From the NCBI GenBank assembly GCA_948670295.1, contig CAPOAR010000001.1, positions 16,069-80,068 on the forward strand: a stretch of DNA of 64,000 nucleotides. The letters are read 5' to 3'. The notes under the pieces are model-generated. The model made no database searches. It was not told where the DNA came from and was given only the letters and a program-made list of their open reading frames with translations. The stretch comes from an uncultured Oscillospiraceae bacterium (lineage in GTDB: Bacteria; Bacillota; Clostridia; Oscillospirales; Oscillospiraceae). A program made the position numbers and the translations under genes. This document shows, piece by piece, positions 17,676 to 28,100 of the stretch. Position 1 is the stretch's first letter; each line of letters opens with the position of its first letter.

Positions 17676-19190
17676 TTGGCAAGAAAAAAAGCAGTGACCG
17701 AACCCCAGGAGGAGCAGATGCCTGATGCCGCCGTTCCCATGGAGGACACCTCCGGGGCGGAGTTTGACCCCGGCCCTGCGGAGGATGCGCCCGGCGGCAT
17801 GGACCCCCCCGGCATGGAGGGCAGCGCCCCGGGCGGGGATTTCACCGAGAGCGGGGACAGCGGCGGTGGGGATCTCCCCGTGGGCGATGATATATCTTTT
17901 GATCCCCCCGCGGATGGAGATGTCCTGCCCGGTGAGGAGCCCGGCCTGGGCATTCTTTCCCCCAGTGATGGAGAGAGCGGCATGGGCGATGTCTCCGCCG
18001 ATCCCGATGGGGATGCTGACAGCGAGGACTACGCCGCCCTGCTGGCTGCGGTGAGTCAGGGGGGCATGGAGCCTGTTCCCCTGCCGGAGGATGAGGGCAG
18101 CGGTGAGACGGACATGGACGGCGAGGGCCAGGACAGCAGCCCCGGCGAAATGCCGCCCATGCCCCCGGAGGACTATGCCGGCGCTTTGCCGTCCGCGTCT
18201 GACGGGGAGGACCCCACCGCCGCCACGGGCAGCCCCACCCCCGCCCGAGTCGTGGACCGCCGTACCAACCCCCGGCGGGAGCGCGTACTCACCGTCGATC
18301 CCCGGGCCGAGGTGCTGACCCAGCAGGACCTGGAGGATATCATCTGGCACGAGCTGGAAAATGCCCAGCGCACCGGCCACCTCCTCACCGGCAAGCTGGG
18401 CGGCGTGGAGCGGACGCGGAACGGCATGGACACGGCCATCATCCTCTACAAGGGCGTGAAGGTGCTGGTTCCACTGAAAGAGATGGGCGTTCACACCGGC
18501 TCTGTTCCCAGCGGTCCGGACTACGCTCCCTGGGCGGCGGGGGTGATCCGCGTCCTCAGTGCCCGGCAGAACTCCGACGTGGATTTCATGGTGCGCGGCT
18601 TCGGCGACAGCGAGAGCGGCGGCCGCATCGTGGTGGGAAGCCGGCGGGACGCCATGCGCCGCAAGCGCAGGCGGTTCTACCTGGACACGGATGAGCTGGG
18701 CCGCCACATGATCGAGCAGGGCAGTCTGGTGCAGGCCCGGGTGGTGGCCGTGACGGACAAGGCCCTCCGGCTGGAGGTCTTTGGCGTGGAGTGCAACGTG
18801 GTCGCCAGGGGCATTTCCTGGATGTGGGTGAGCAGCGCCCGGGACAAGCACTATGTAGGTGAGCTGATCCCGGTCCGGGTGACGAAAATTGAGCGGTACA
18901 GCGCGGGCCGCATCGCCATCCGGGTGGACGCCAGGGAGCTTTTCGGCGAAGCCGGGGACAACCTCTCCCAGTGTCAGCTCCAGGGCCGGTATGTGGGCGA
19001 GGTGACGGATGTGCATAAGGGCCGAGTGTTTATCCGGCTCGACATCGGCGTGAACGCCCTTGCCCATGAGTGCCGGGATATGCGTATGCCCGGCAGAAAG
19101 GATACCGTCAGCTTCACCGTCACCCGGCTGGACGAAAAGAACGGCATCGCCATCGGCATCATCACCCGCATCATCAAACAAAATCTGTAA
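17676..19190 (+). CDS. S1/OB-fold domain protein with acidic disordered N-terminus
   Basis: C-terminal S1-like repeats (GSLVQARVVAV...GELIPVRVTKI; YVGEVTDV...KDTVSFTVTRLD). About 190 D/E/P/G-rich N-terminal residues. Confidence 0.75.
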   Translation: MARKKAVTEPQEEQMPDAAVPMEDTSGAEFDPGPAEDAPGGMDPPGMEGSAPGGDFTESGDSGGGDLPVGDDISFDPPADGDVLPGEEPGLGILSPSDGESGMGDVSADPDGDADSEDYAALLAAVSQGGMEPVPLPEDEGSGETDMDGEGQDSSPGEMPPMPPEDYAGALPSASDGEDPTAATGSPTPARVVDRRTNPRRERVLTVDPRAEVLTQQDLEDIIWHELENAQRTGHLLTGKLGGVERTRNGMDTAIILYKGVKVLVPLKEMGVHTGSVPSGPDYAPWAAGVIRVLSARQNSDVDFMVRGFGDSESGGRIVVGSRRDAMRRKRRRFYLDTDELGRHMIEQGSLVQARVVAVTDKALRLEVFGVECNVVARGISWMWVSSARDKHYVGELIPVRVTKIERYSAGRIAIRVDARELFGEAGDNLSQCQLQGRYVGEVTDVHKGRVFIRLDIGVNALAHECRDMRMPGRKDTVSFTVTRLDEKNGIAIGIITRIIKQNL

Positions 19191-19205
19191 AAGGAGCTGC
19201 TTTTT

Positions 19206-20363
19206 ATGAAGCTGAAGTACATCAAACGCATGGCGCTGTGTCTGGCGCTGACGCTGGCCCTCAGCGTCAGCGCCTTTGCCTCCGCTGTGCCGGAAAATCT
19301 GGTGGTGGAGAACCTGAACGGCCAGCAGCGCATCACCAAGACCTATGTGCTCCCGCCCGACACCGACCCGGAGATCTTGAAAGAGCCGTCGTTTGATTAC
19401 GACGGCTTTACCTATACCTGGGCCTTCACCACCAAGGAGGAGCACACCTTTCTGGAGTCCAAAACCGCCACCCAAACAGTGACGGTGGAGACGGCCAAGA
19501 AGGACCTCAATACCATCCTGGAGCAGCTGGCCCCCACGCTTCCCTATGATGATGGAGAGTACACGGGTGAGCTGGCCCTGGACCACACCACCCTGTCCAC
19601 CGTGGCGTCGGGCTACACCACCCAGCGGGGCTCCATCACCGCCACCAAGACCATCGGCCCCCTGGACCGCAACGATATGTCCTACATCCCGGCCACCACC
19701 ACGAAGAACGGCCGCACCCTCTCCCTGGTCAACGTGGATTGGCAGGTCATCGGCTCCGATGTGGTGGGGGATATGATGGCCCCCTGCTCCTATCAGGCGG
19801 TCGCCACCTATTCCGCCGCTACCAGCAGCCAGGTCGCCACAGGCTATGTCACCACCGCCGAGTACAAGGGCGAGGTGGTGGCGGAGGGCGTGGAAAACAT
19901 CACCTATACGGTGGTCTATGTGGGCAGCGAGATCGTCCCGGCGGAACCCGATCCCACTGAGCCTGTCGAGCGGGCCTATCCGTCCTTCTTCCTGCCCATG
20001 GCCGTCATCGGCGGCGTCCTGCTCCTGGCGGCATTGGCGGCGCTGGGCGTGTTCGGCGTCCGCCTGTTCCGGCACAGGAAGAACGTCTATGTGTACGTCC
20101 CCGGCGACAGTCCCCGGGACTACAAGCTGATCGCCAAGTTCCGGGCGGAGCCGGACAGGCCGGAGGTCGATATTCGGAACATGACCCCCTACCCCAATAC
20201 CACCATTGCGGTGGAGATCAAGCGGCCCCTGGCAAAGCAGCTGGTGGGCCAGACCTTCACCGTCCACCACCGCACTGCGGACTACACCTATACCGTCCTC
20301 CGGGACAGCCCGGCGGATTGGCACGAGTTTGACCCCACAGAGGAAAAGGAGGATGCCATTTGA
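19206..20363 (+). CDS. Exported, membrane-anchored hypothetical protein
   Basis: Signal peptide ending AFA, Thr-rich beta-type ectodomain, a late TM followed by RHRK, and a cytoplasmic tail. Confidence 0.75.
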   Translation: MKLKYIKRMALCLALTLALSVSAFASAVPENLVVENLNGQQRITKTYVLPPDTDPEILKEPSFDYDGFTYTWAFTTKEEHTFLESKTATQTVTVETAKKDLNTILEQLAPTLPYDDGEYTGELALDHTTLSTVASGYTTQRGSITATKTIGPLDRNDMSYIPATTTKNGRTLSLVNVDWQVIGSDVVGDMMAPCSYQAVATYSAATSSQVATGYVTTAEYKGEVVAEGVENITYTVVYVGSEIVPAEPDPTEPVERAYPSFFLPMAVIGGVLLLAALAALGVFGVRLFRHRKNVYVYVPGDSPRDYKLIAKFRAEPDRPEVDIRNMTPYPNTTIAVEIKRPLAKQLVGQTFTVHHRTADYTYTVLRDSPADWHEFDPTEEKEDAI

Positions 20364-21211
20364 AACACATCGGAAAAATCGCGGGCCTGGCGCTGTCCGC
20401 CGTGATGGCGCTGACCATGACCGCCCCGGCCTTTGCGTCGGATTACAGCTTTACCACCACGGCCCTCCAGGATTACTACAACAGCACCAGCTATGAGGAC
20501 GTCTACGGCTCCCAGTACAACTATGGCGGGCGCAACGTGGTGGACTACGACATCCCCGAGCTGGAGTACGGCCGCATGAGTACCACCATGACCGGCGTGA
20601 TGGAGCGGACCATCCTGCCAGGGCTCCAGCAGGTCGTGGCATCCACGGACGGCTCCGGCTACGGCCTGGGCGGCGAGAACGGCGGCGGTGGCGGCCCCCT
20701 CACGGAACTGGTGCTGGATGACGGCACGGGCGCGGGTTCCGGCTCCACGGTGCCGGTGATCCCCGACACCCCGCAGATCACGGTCCCCAACTCCCCCGCC
20801 TACACCAGCGTCCAGGGCATGGCCTACAAGGACGGCAGCATCGGCACGCTGAAGATCGCCAAACTGGGCATCAGCGTGAAGGTCTGGGAGGGTGAGTCCA
20901 CCACCAGCATGGCCAAGGGTGTGGGCCACTACAGCTCCACCTCTGCCTGGGATGGCAATGTCGGTTTGGCTGGGCACAACCGGGGGGCCAAGTACAACAT
21001 CGGCACCATCAAAAATCTGGTGGCCGGCGACACCATCACCTACACCACCATGTATGGCACCCGTACCTATCAGGTGACGTCGGTGAAAACCATCACCAAC
21101 ACCGACTGGAGCTATCTCCAGGGCACCGCCGACAACCGCATCACCATCACCACCTGCCTGGAGAACCATCCGGAGAGCCGGGTCTGCGTCCAGGCTGTGG
21201 AGGTGAAGTGA
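20360..21211 (+). CDS. Sortase (class D-like) with a cleavable-looking signal peptide
   Basis: KGVGHY, GNVGLAGHN, ITITTC and downstream R give the His-Cys-Arg triad. Confidence 0.9.
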   Translation: MKHIGKIAGLALSAVMALTMTAPAFASDYSFTTTALQDYYNSTSYEDVYGSQYNYGGRNVVDYDIPELEYGRMSTTMTGVMERTILPGLQQVVASTDGSGYGLGGENGGGGGPLTELVLDDGTGAGSGSTVPVIPDTPQITVPNSPAYTSVQGMAYKDGSIGTLKIAKLGISVKVWEGESTTSMAKGVGHYSSTSAWDGNVGLAGHNRGAKYNIGTIKNLVAGDTITYTTMYGTRTYQVTSVKTITNTDWSYLQGTADNRITITTCLENHPESRVCVQAVEVK

Positions 21212-21334
21212 CCAAGCCCCAGGAAAAAAATTTTTGCCGGGGGCCTCCCAATTTGTTGAAAACCGCATTCTCCGTTTGTATAAGGAAGTATACCGGCCTC
21301 TCTGGGACCGGAACAATACAAAGGAGGTCTTTTT

Positions 21335-22048
21335 ATGCGGCAAAGGATGTTTACCCTCTTGGCAGGGATGGCCCTGGGCATGGTCCTGCTCAGCGGTGGC
21401 TACGCCGCCAGTACTGCCCTCACCGCCACCGTCAGCAACCAGCCCATCTATGTAGACGGCCAGCGGGTATACCTCACCGCCTATCATATCGGCGGGAACA
21501 ACTTCGTGAAGCTCCGAGACATCGGACAGGCCGTGGGCTTCAATGTCTATTGGGACGGGACGGTGCAAATCGAGAGCGATAAGCCCTATACCGGGGTCAT
21601 CCCCTCCAGTCAGACGCCTGTACCCACCCAGCTGATCCCAACCGTCCCCACCGAAGCCAGTGCGCAGGCAGCCATCAAGGCTCTGCGGGACACCTATCCC
21701 CACGGAACGGCTTACCCCACGCCCTACCGGCCCAACAATCCTCTCTCCAGGCCCTATACCAACTGCGACCACTGTGCCGGCTGGGCCATGCTGTGCAGCG
21801 ATGCGGCCTTTGGCGATTTACCCTGGCGGTATCAGACCGCCCCGGCCTGGAGCGATATCCGGGCGGGGGACCTGGTTCGGTACGACAATTCCTATGGCGG
21901 CCATGTTGTGGTCGTGGTGGACAAGACGGACGAATACATCCTCGTCACCGAGAGCGGCGCCAACAATAAGGTCCGCTGGAGTGGACAGTATTTCAAGTGG
22001 TGGCTGGAGGAACAGCCCGGCTATGCCCGTTGGACACGGTATCCCTAA
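21335..22048 (+). CDS. Secreted protein: copper-amine-oxidase-N-like domain plus CHAP-like Cys-His peptidase domain
   Basis: NFVKLRDIGQAVGFNVYWD; CAGWA...AGDLV...GGHVVVV...ILVTESG. Confidence 0.65.
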   Translation: MRQRMFTLLAGMALGMVLLSGGYAASTALTATVSNQPIYVDGQRVYLTAYHIGGNNFVKLRDIGQAVGFNVYWDGTVQIESDKPYTGVIPSSQTPVPTQLIPTVPTEASAQAAIKALRDTYPHGTAYPTPYRPNNPLSRPYTNCDHCAGWAMLCSDAAFGDLPWRYQTAPAWSDIRAGDLVRYDNSYGGHVVVVVDKTDEYILVTESGANNKVRWSGQYFKWWLEEQPGYARWTRYP

Positions 22049-22121
22049 TTTAATCATCTGACATCGAAAGGCCAGACTGTACCCACAGTCTGGCCTTTCC
22101 TCGTACAAGGAGGACGATATT

Positions 22122-25100
22122 TTGAAGCACAAATTCTTTCAGCGCGCCTTGGCCATGCTTTTGGCCCTGGTGTGCGTCATGGGCATTCTGCCCTTGTCCG
22201 CATTTGCCGCCGGGGGAAGCGCCCCCAGTTCCATCACCCAGCGGTCCTCCGCCTACATGACCATCGGCGGGCGGTCCGTCCGCTATAAGGCGGCCAGCAG
22301 CACCATCAACAACGTGGGCCTGCCATATGTGTTCAACGAGCAGGTGGACGTACCCGGTTACGGAACGACCCGCGCCCTGTGCGCCTACCAGCACGGCACC
22401 TTGGGTCCCGCAGCCAACGGCCAGAAGTGGAACTTCAAGAGCGAGGTCAACAGCGCCTCCCTGAAGGTGCTGCTGACCTATATCTATTCCTACACCTATG
22501 GGGACTTTGAGGCCGCGGGCGACGCCGTCGGTCTGGAGCACTGGAACCAGTATTGGTCCAACATCTGGTTCCTTGTGGCGCAGGCCATGTCCTGGTACTA
22601 CGAGCACGGTATCATCAAAGATGTGACCAGCGACCGGGAGGGCTTCATTGAGCAGGCCAGCGAGGAGTTCGTTGCGGCCATGCGGCTCTACCATCAGACC
22701 TACGGCCAGTCCAGCTGGATCACCAACTGGGACGCCATCGGCACCCATTCCATCATAGACAGCACCGATGGCGGGGCCACCGGCGTTTCCGCCTACGATT
22801 ACGTCTCCACCGGCGTCAATCTGGTGCTGGATCATCCCGAATACTTCCACGATTACCACCTGTGGATCTATGAGTGGGACAGTACGCAGCCCTGGAAGCT
22901 GACGGGCCAGTCCGGCACTCCCATGCAGCGGCTGCTCATTGCCGTGCCGGAGGAACGGACAGAAGAGGAGGACACTGTTCAGCTGACAGTAAAAAAGCTG
23001 GAAGCCGGTACAAATAAGCCTCTTCCCGGCGTCACCTTCAAAGTCGAGAATTCCGCTGACCCTGCCGCATTCTCTGTCACGCGGCAGACCGGCTCCGATG
23101 GAACGTTTACCCTCACTGCTGAGGCAGACCATCTCACAGCCGGCCAGTATCTCATCACCGAAGAGGCCGCGCCCGAGGGCTATGTGGCCCAGACTGCCTC
23201 CCAGTTGGTGACAGTCCTGCCCAACGGCTCCGCCAACAGTGTGTTCACTTTCTTTAATGAGCCGACCACGACAACGACTACTCCCGGCACCGGCTCCATT
23301 CGCAAGGTAAACGCGGACAACCCCACTGAGGGCATTCCCGGCGCGGTTATCCGCATCACTTCGGTCAAGCTGGATGATGGCGGCAGCTTTGTCAGCGAGT
23401 ACACCACCAAGGACGGCGGCTATATTTTGAAGGAGGATCTGGATTTCTCCCAGCTCCCCACCGGAAGCTATATCGCCGAGGAGATCACTCCGCCGGAGGG
23501 GTTCATCCTGAGCTCTGATGTGTCCAAGGTCAAGCAGCCCTTTGTGTGGGACGGCGAGCACGACATCAGCCTGATTTTTGAAAACAGCGCGAAAGTTCGT
23601 GTGCAGCTGAAGAAGGTGGACGAGAGCAACGCCCCCCTTCCCGGGGCTGTTTTTGTTATCCTGCGGGACGGCCAGGTGATCGGCACCGAGGAAACTCAGC
23701 CCGACGGCACCATCACCGTGTCCAACGTCAGCGAGGGGTACTATGAGTTCCGTGAGGTAAGTGCCCCGTCTGGCTTCGACTGCGACCGCTCCCCCGTGGG
23801 CGTCCATGTGGAGGCCAAGGACCTTCAGGGTGAACAGACCATCGTGGTCACCAAAATGAACCATCACAAGCGTTCCCTGACCATCACCAAGCGGAACACC
23901 GAGACCGGCGACCCCGTTCCCGGCACCTCTTTCCATATCCGGGGTGTGAACCTGGGCTATGAAAACGACGTGGTGACGGGCGCCGACGGCAAGGTGACCA
24001 TCTCCGATATGCCTTCCGGCTGCTACGAAATCGAAGAGACAGACGTACCCGCGCCCTATATCCTGGACACCAACAACCGTAAGACCGTCTGGATCGACGC
24101 CGAAAAGGACCAGGATGTGGTGGTTGATTTTGTCAACTCCACCCGGCCCGGCCTGCGGCTGCTGAAAATTGACGCTCAGACCGGCGAGCCTCTTTCCCAG
24201 GTCCAGTTCCGCATCAGAGAGGTCAACGGCGGCTATAACGAGCTGCACTTCACCAACGCCGAGGGCCTGATCGTGCTGGAAGGGCTGAACCCCGGGGCCT
24301 ATACCGTGCAAGAAACGAAGCCCAAGAATGGCTGGGTGGCGGATGATACCGTCCACACCGTCTACCTGGAGGAGAATAAGACCACCACCCTTGAACTGAA
24401 AAACCTGCGCAAGCCGGATCTGTATGTCAAGAAGGTGGACAGCATCACGGGCAGCCCCATCAAGGGCGTTAAATTCCAAATCTGGCGCGGGTCTGACGAC
24501 ACCCAGAGCGGCGAGTATAACGACCTGGGCACCTTCTACACTGATGAGCAGGGCCAGATCCATCTGGTTCGGGTCAATACCGGGTGGTACAAGATCCAGG
24601 AGCTGGAACCCGCCCCCGGCTACACCATCAAAGAACCGGCTATCCAGGAGATTTATATGGAGGCCGGAAAGGACCACACCGTCACCTTTGAGAACACCCC
24701 CAAGAACGCGATAGTGGTCGAGAAGTATGATTCCGTCACTCATCAGGCCCTGCCCGGGTGTACCTTCCAGCTGAGGTATCTGGGCGGCGCATCCGGCACA
24801 GGCGGCACCGTCATCGGCCAGAAGGTGACGGGGAACAACGGCATCGCCATGTGGACCGGGTTGAATCCCGGGTCCTATATCGTGGAAGAGGTCGATCCAG
24901 CGGACGGATATAACATCATAAATGCCTCTGAAACCGTATTCTTGGCCGATGATGGTGAGCAGAGCGTGGTCACTGTCCGGTTCAACAATTCCCCTAACGG
25001 CTCCCTCCTGATCCGGAAGGTGTGCGCCACAAATCCCTCTGTCACCCTCCAGAACGCCGAGTTCAAAGTGACCTATGCGGACGGCACCCTCATCGGCGAT

Positions 25101-28100
25101 AGCAACGGCATTTTCAGGTCCGACGAAAACGGCGAGGTGCTGATTGACGACCTGAAGCCGGGCTCCAGCGTGGTGGTCACCGAGGTGCGGGCCCCTGCGG
25201 GTTTCCTCATCGACACCCAGAGCGTCACCGTTCAGATCAAGGAAGGCCGCACCATGTCCGTGGTCATGAAAAACCAGCCCAAAGGAAAACTGATCATTCA
25301 GAAGCGGGACAGCCAGACCAACGAGGTCCTGCCCGGCGCTGAGTTCCGGGTCACCACCGCCGCCGGCTGCGAGGTTGGTCTGGACGGCGTGATTGGCACT
25401 TCCTCCCTGACCCAGAACGGCATTTTCACCACCGACAGCCAGGGCGAGATCCGCATTTCCAACCTCGTCCCCGGCGCATATGTCATCAATGAAATCAAAG
25501 CCCCGGGCGGCGGGTATGTCATTGACACCCCCTCCACCAACGTGGTCATCGGGCAGGGCGGCGACACCCAGACAGTGGTGATTAAAAACACCAAGAAGGG
25601 TCAGTTGATCGTCGAGAAGTACGATAAGATCACGAAGCAGCCCCTGGCCGGTGCGCAGTTCAAAATCATGACGGCCAATGGGGAGCTCACCCCCGACAAT
25701 GAGGGGCTCACCAGCTCCAACGGCCTCTATACCACCGACCAGAACGGCCAAATTGTGTTGTCCAAGCTCCTGCCCAACACCTATGTGGTTTCTGAGGAAC
25801 GTGCCCCGGACAATTACCGCAAGGACCCCACCCCGCAGACGGTCGTAGTCAATGCCGGGGACACGCAGACGGTTCGCTTTTATGACGACCCCCTCTGTAC
25901 CCTCACCATTTTGAAGCGGGATGCCGTCACCAAGAAGCCCCTGAAGGGCGCTGAGTTCCTGGTCCGGGACAGCTCCGGCCATGTGATTGGTCCCAACAAT
26001 GGCCTCTACACCACCGGCACCGACGGCACCGTGACCGTCACCGGGTTGGCCCCCAATTCCACGGTGGTGGTGTCTGAGAAACGGGCTCCCACAGGCTACA
26101 TCCTCGATGAGACTCCCAAAAACATCGTGGTGCGCTCCGGCGTGGCCAACAGCCTGATTTTTGATAACGAGCCTGGAACCACCCTCATAATCCGGAAATT
26201 CGTCGAGGGCACCGAGAACGAGCCCCTGTCTGGCGTGGCCTTTAAGGTCGTGGACGGCGCTGGGGCGGCGGTTGGTCCCGACGATGGCGTCTATTATACT
26301 GATAAGGCGGGCGAAATCGTCCTGGAGGGCATCGAGCCCGGCACAACAGTGAAGGTGCGCGAAATCAAGACCGTGGAGGGCTATGTCCTCGATGGCACCC
26401 CCCAGGACATCAAAATCAAGGGCGGCGAGGTGCAACAGCTCACATTTTGGAACAAAAAGGCGGGCACACTGGTCATCGAGAAAAAGGATTCTGTGTCCGG
26501 GGCATTCATTTCCGGCGCCCAGTTCCAATTGACGTATGCCAATGGCGGCTACGTTGACAATATCAATGGTCATTTGTCCTCCAACGGCCTGTATACCACA
26601 AACGATAAGGGCCAGATCCGCATTGAGGGCATCGTGGGCACCGTGGTCGCCAAGGAGGTCAAGGCAGCCCCCGGCTATGTGATCGACCAGTCCACTCAGG
26701 TACAGACTGTCACAGTCAACCCCCTGGACACGCAGACACTCACCTTCCTCAACGAGCCCCTGTGCTCCCTCACCATCACGAAACTGGATTCCGTCACCGG
26801 GAAGCCCGTGCCCAACACTTCCTTCGCGGTGAAGGACGGCAACGGGAACGTGCTGGCCCGCTGCACCACCGGGCAGGATGGCACTGCCACTGTCACCGGC
26901 CTCGTGCCCAACAGCACCGTGGTCGTGGTGGAGACCAAAGTACCCTCGGGCTATGTGCTCAACACCACGCCCCAGACCATCATCGTGAAAAACGGCTCCA
27001 ACACCCTCACCGGCAGCTCCGGCACCGTGACCACCCCAGGTACGAATCCTGGCGGCAGCACTGTCGTCAATCCGGGCAGCAATACCGGCACCAGCAATGG
27101 CAACGACCTCACCTTTGAGAACGAGCCCAAGCAGACCTTGACCATTCACAAGTACATCGAGGGCACGAAAAACGAGCCTTTGGCCGGTGTGACCTTCAAA
27201 CTGGTGGACGGCTCCGGCACTCCTGTGGGCTCCAGCGACGGCACCTTTATCACCGACAGCAAGGGAGAGATCGTGGTGGAGGGCCTGGAGCCCGGAACCA
27301 CTATCACCGCCCAGGAGGTCAAGACCGTGGACGGTTTTGTGCTCGACGGCACCCCGAAATCTGTGAAGATCAAGGCAGGCCAAGGCGCTCCCTCCCTCAC
27401 CTTCTGGAACGCCAGGGCGGGCGAACTCATTATCCGCAAGCTGGACAAGGCCACCGGGAAGCCCCTCGCCGGGGTGGAATTTGAGCTGACCTACGCGGGC
27501 GGCGGCTACGTCGATAACGCGGACGGCCATTTGAGCAGCAACGGCCTGTATACCACCGACGCCCATGGGGAAATTCACATCTCTGGCGTGACCGGGACCA
27601 TCGTGGTAAAGGAGACTCGGACCATCGACGGGTACACCATCGACCCCGCCACTCAGACGCAGACGGTAAAGGTCAACCCCCAGGATACGCAAACGCTGAC
27701 CTTCTACAACGCCCCCAAGCAGACTTTGACCATCCAGAAGTATGTGGACGGCACCACCGACCCCATCCAGGGCGTGACCTTCCTTGTCACCGACAGCTCC
27801 GGGCAGGTGCTGGGTCCCAACAACGGCGAGTATATCACCGACCGTAATGGCCGCATTGTAATCACCGACCTGACCCCCGGAACCACCATCACAGCCAAGG
27901 AGACCAAGACCGTTGGCGGCTATGTGCTGGATACCACGCCCCAGTCCATCCTCATCAAGAGCGGCGTGGCTCAGACCCTGACCTTCTTCAACAAGGCCGA
28001 GGGCGGGCTGGAGCTGATCAAGGTGTCCGCCAGCGACAAATCCCAGCGCATCCCCAACGTGACCTTTGAGATCCGGGAGATGGACGGCGGGCTGGTGGAT

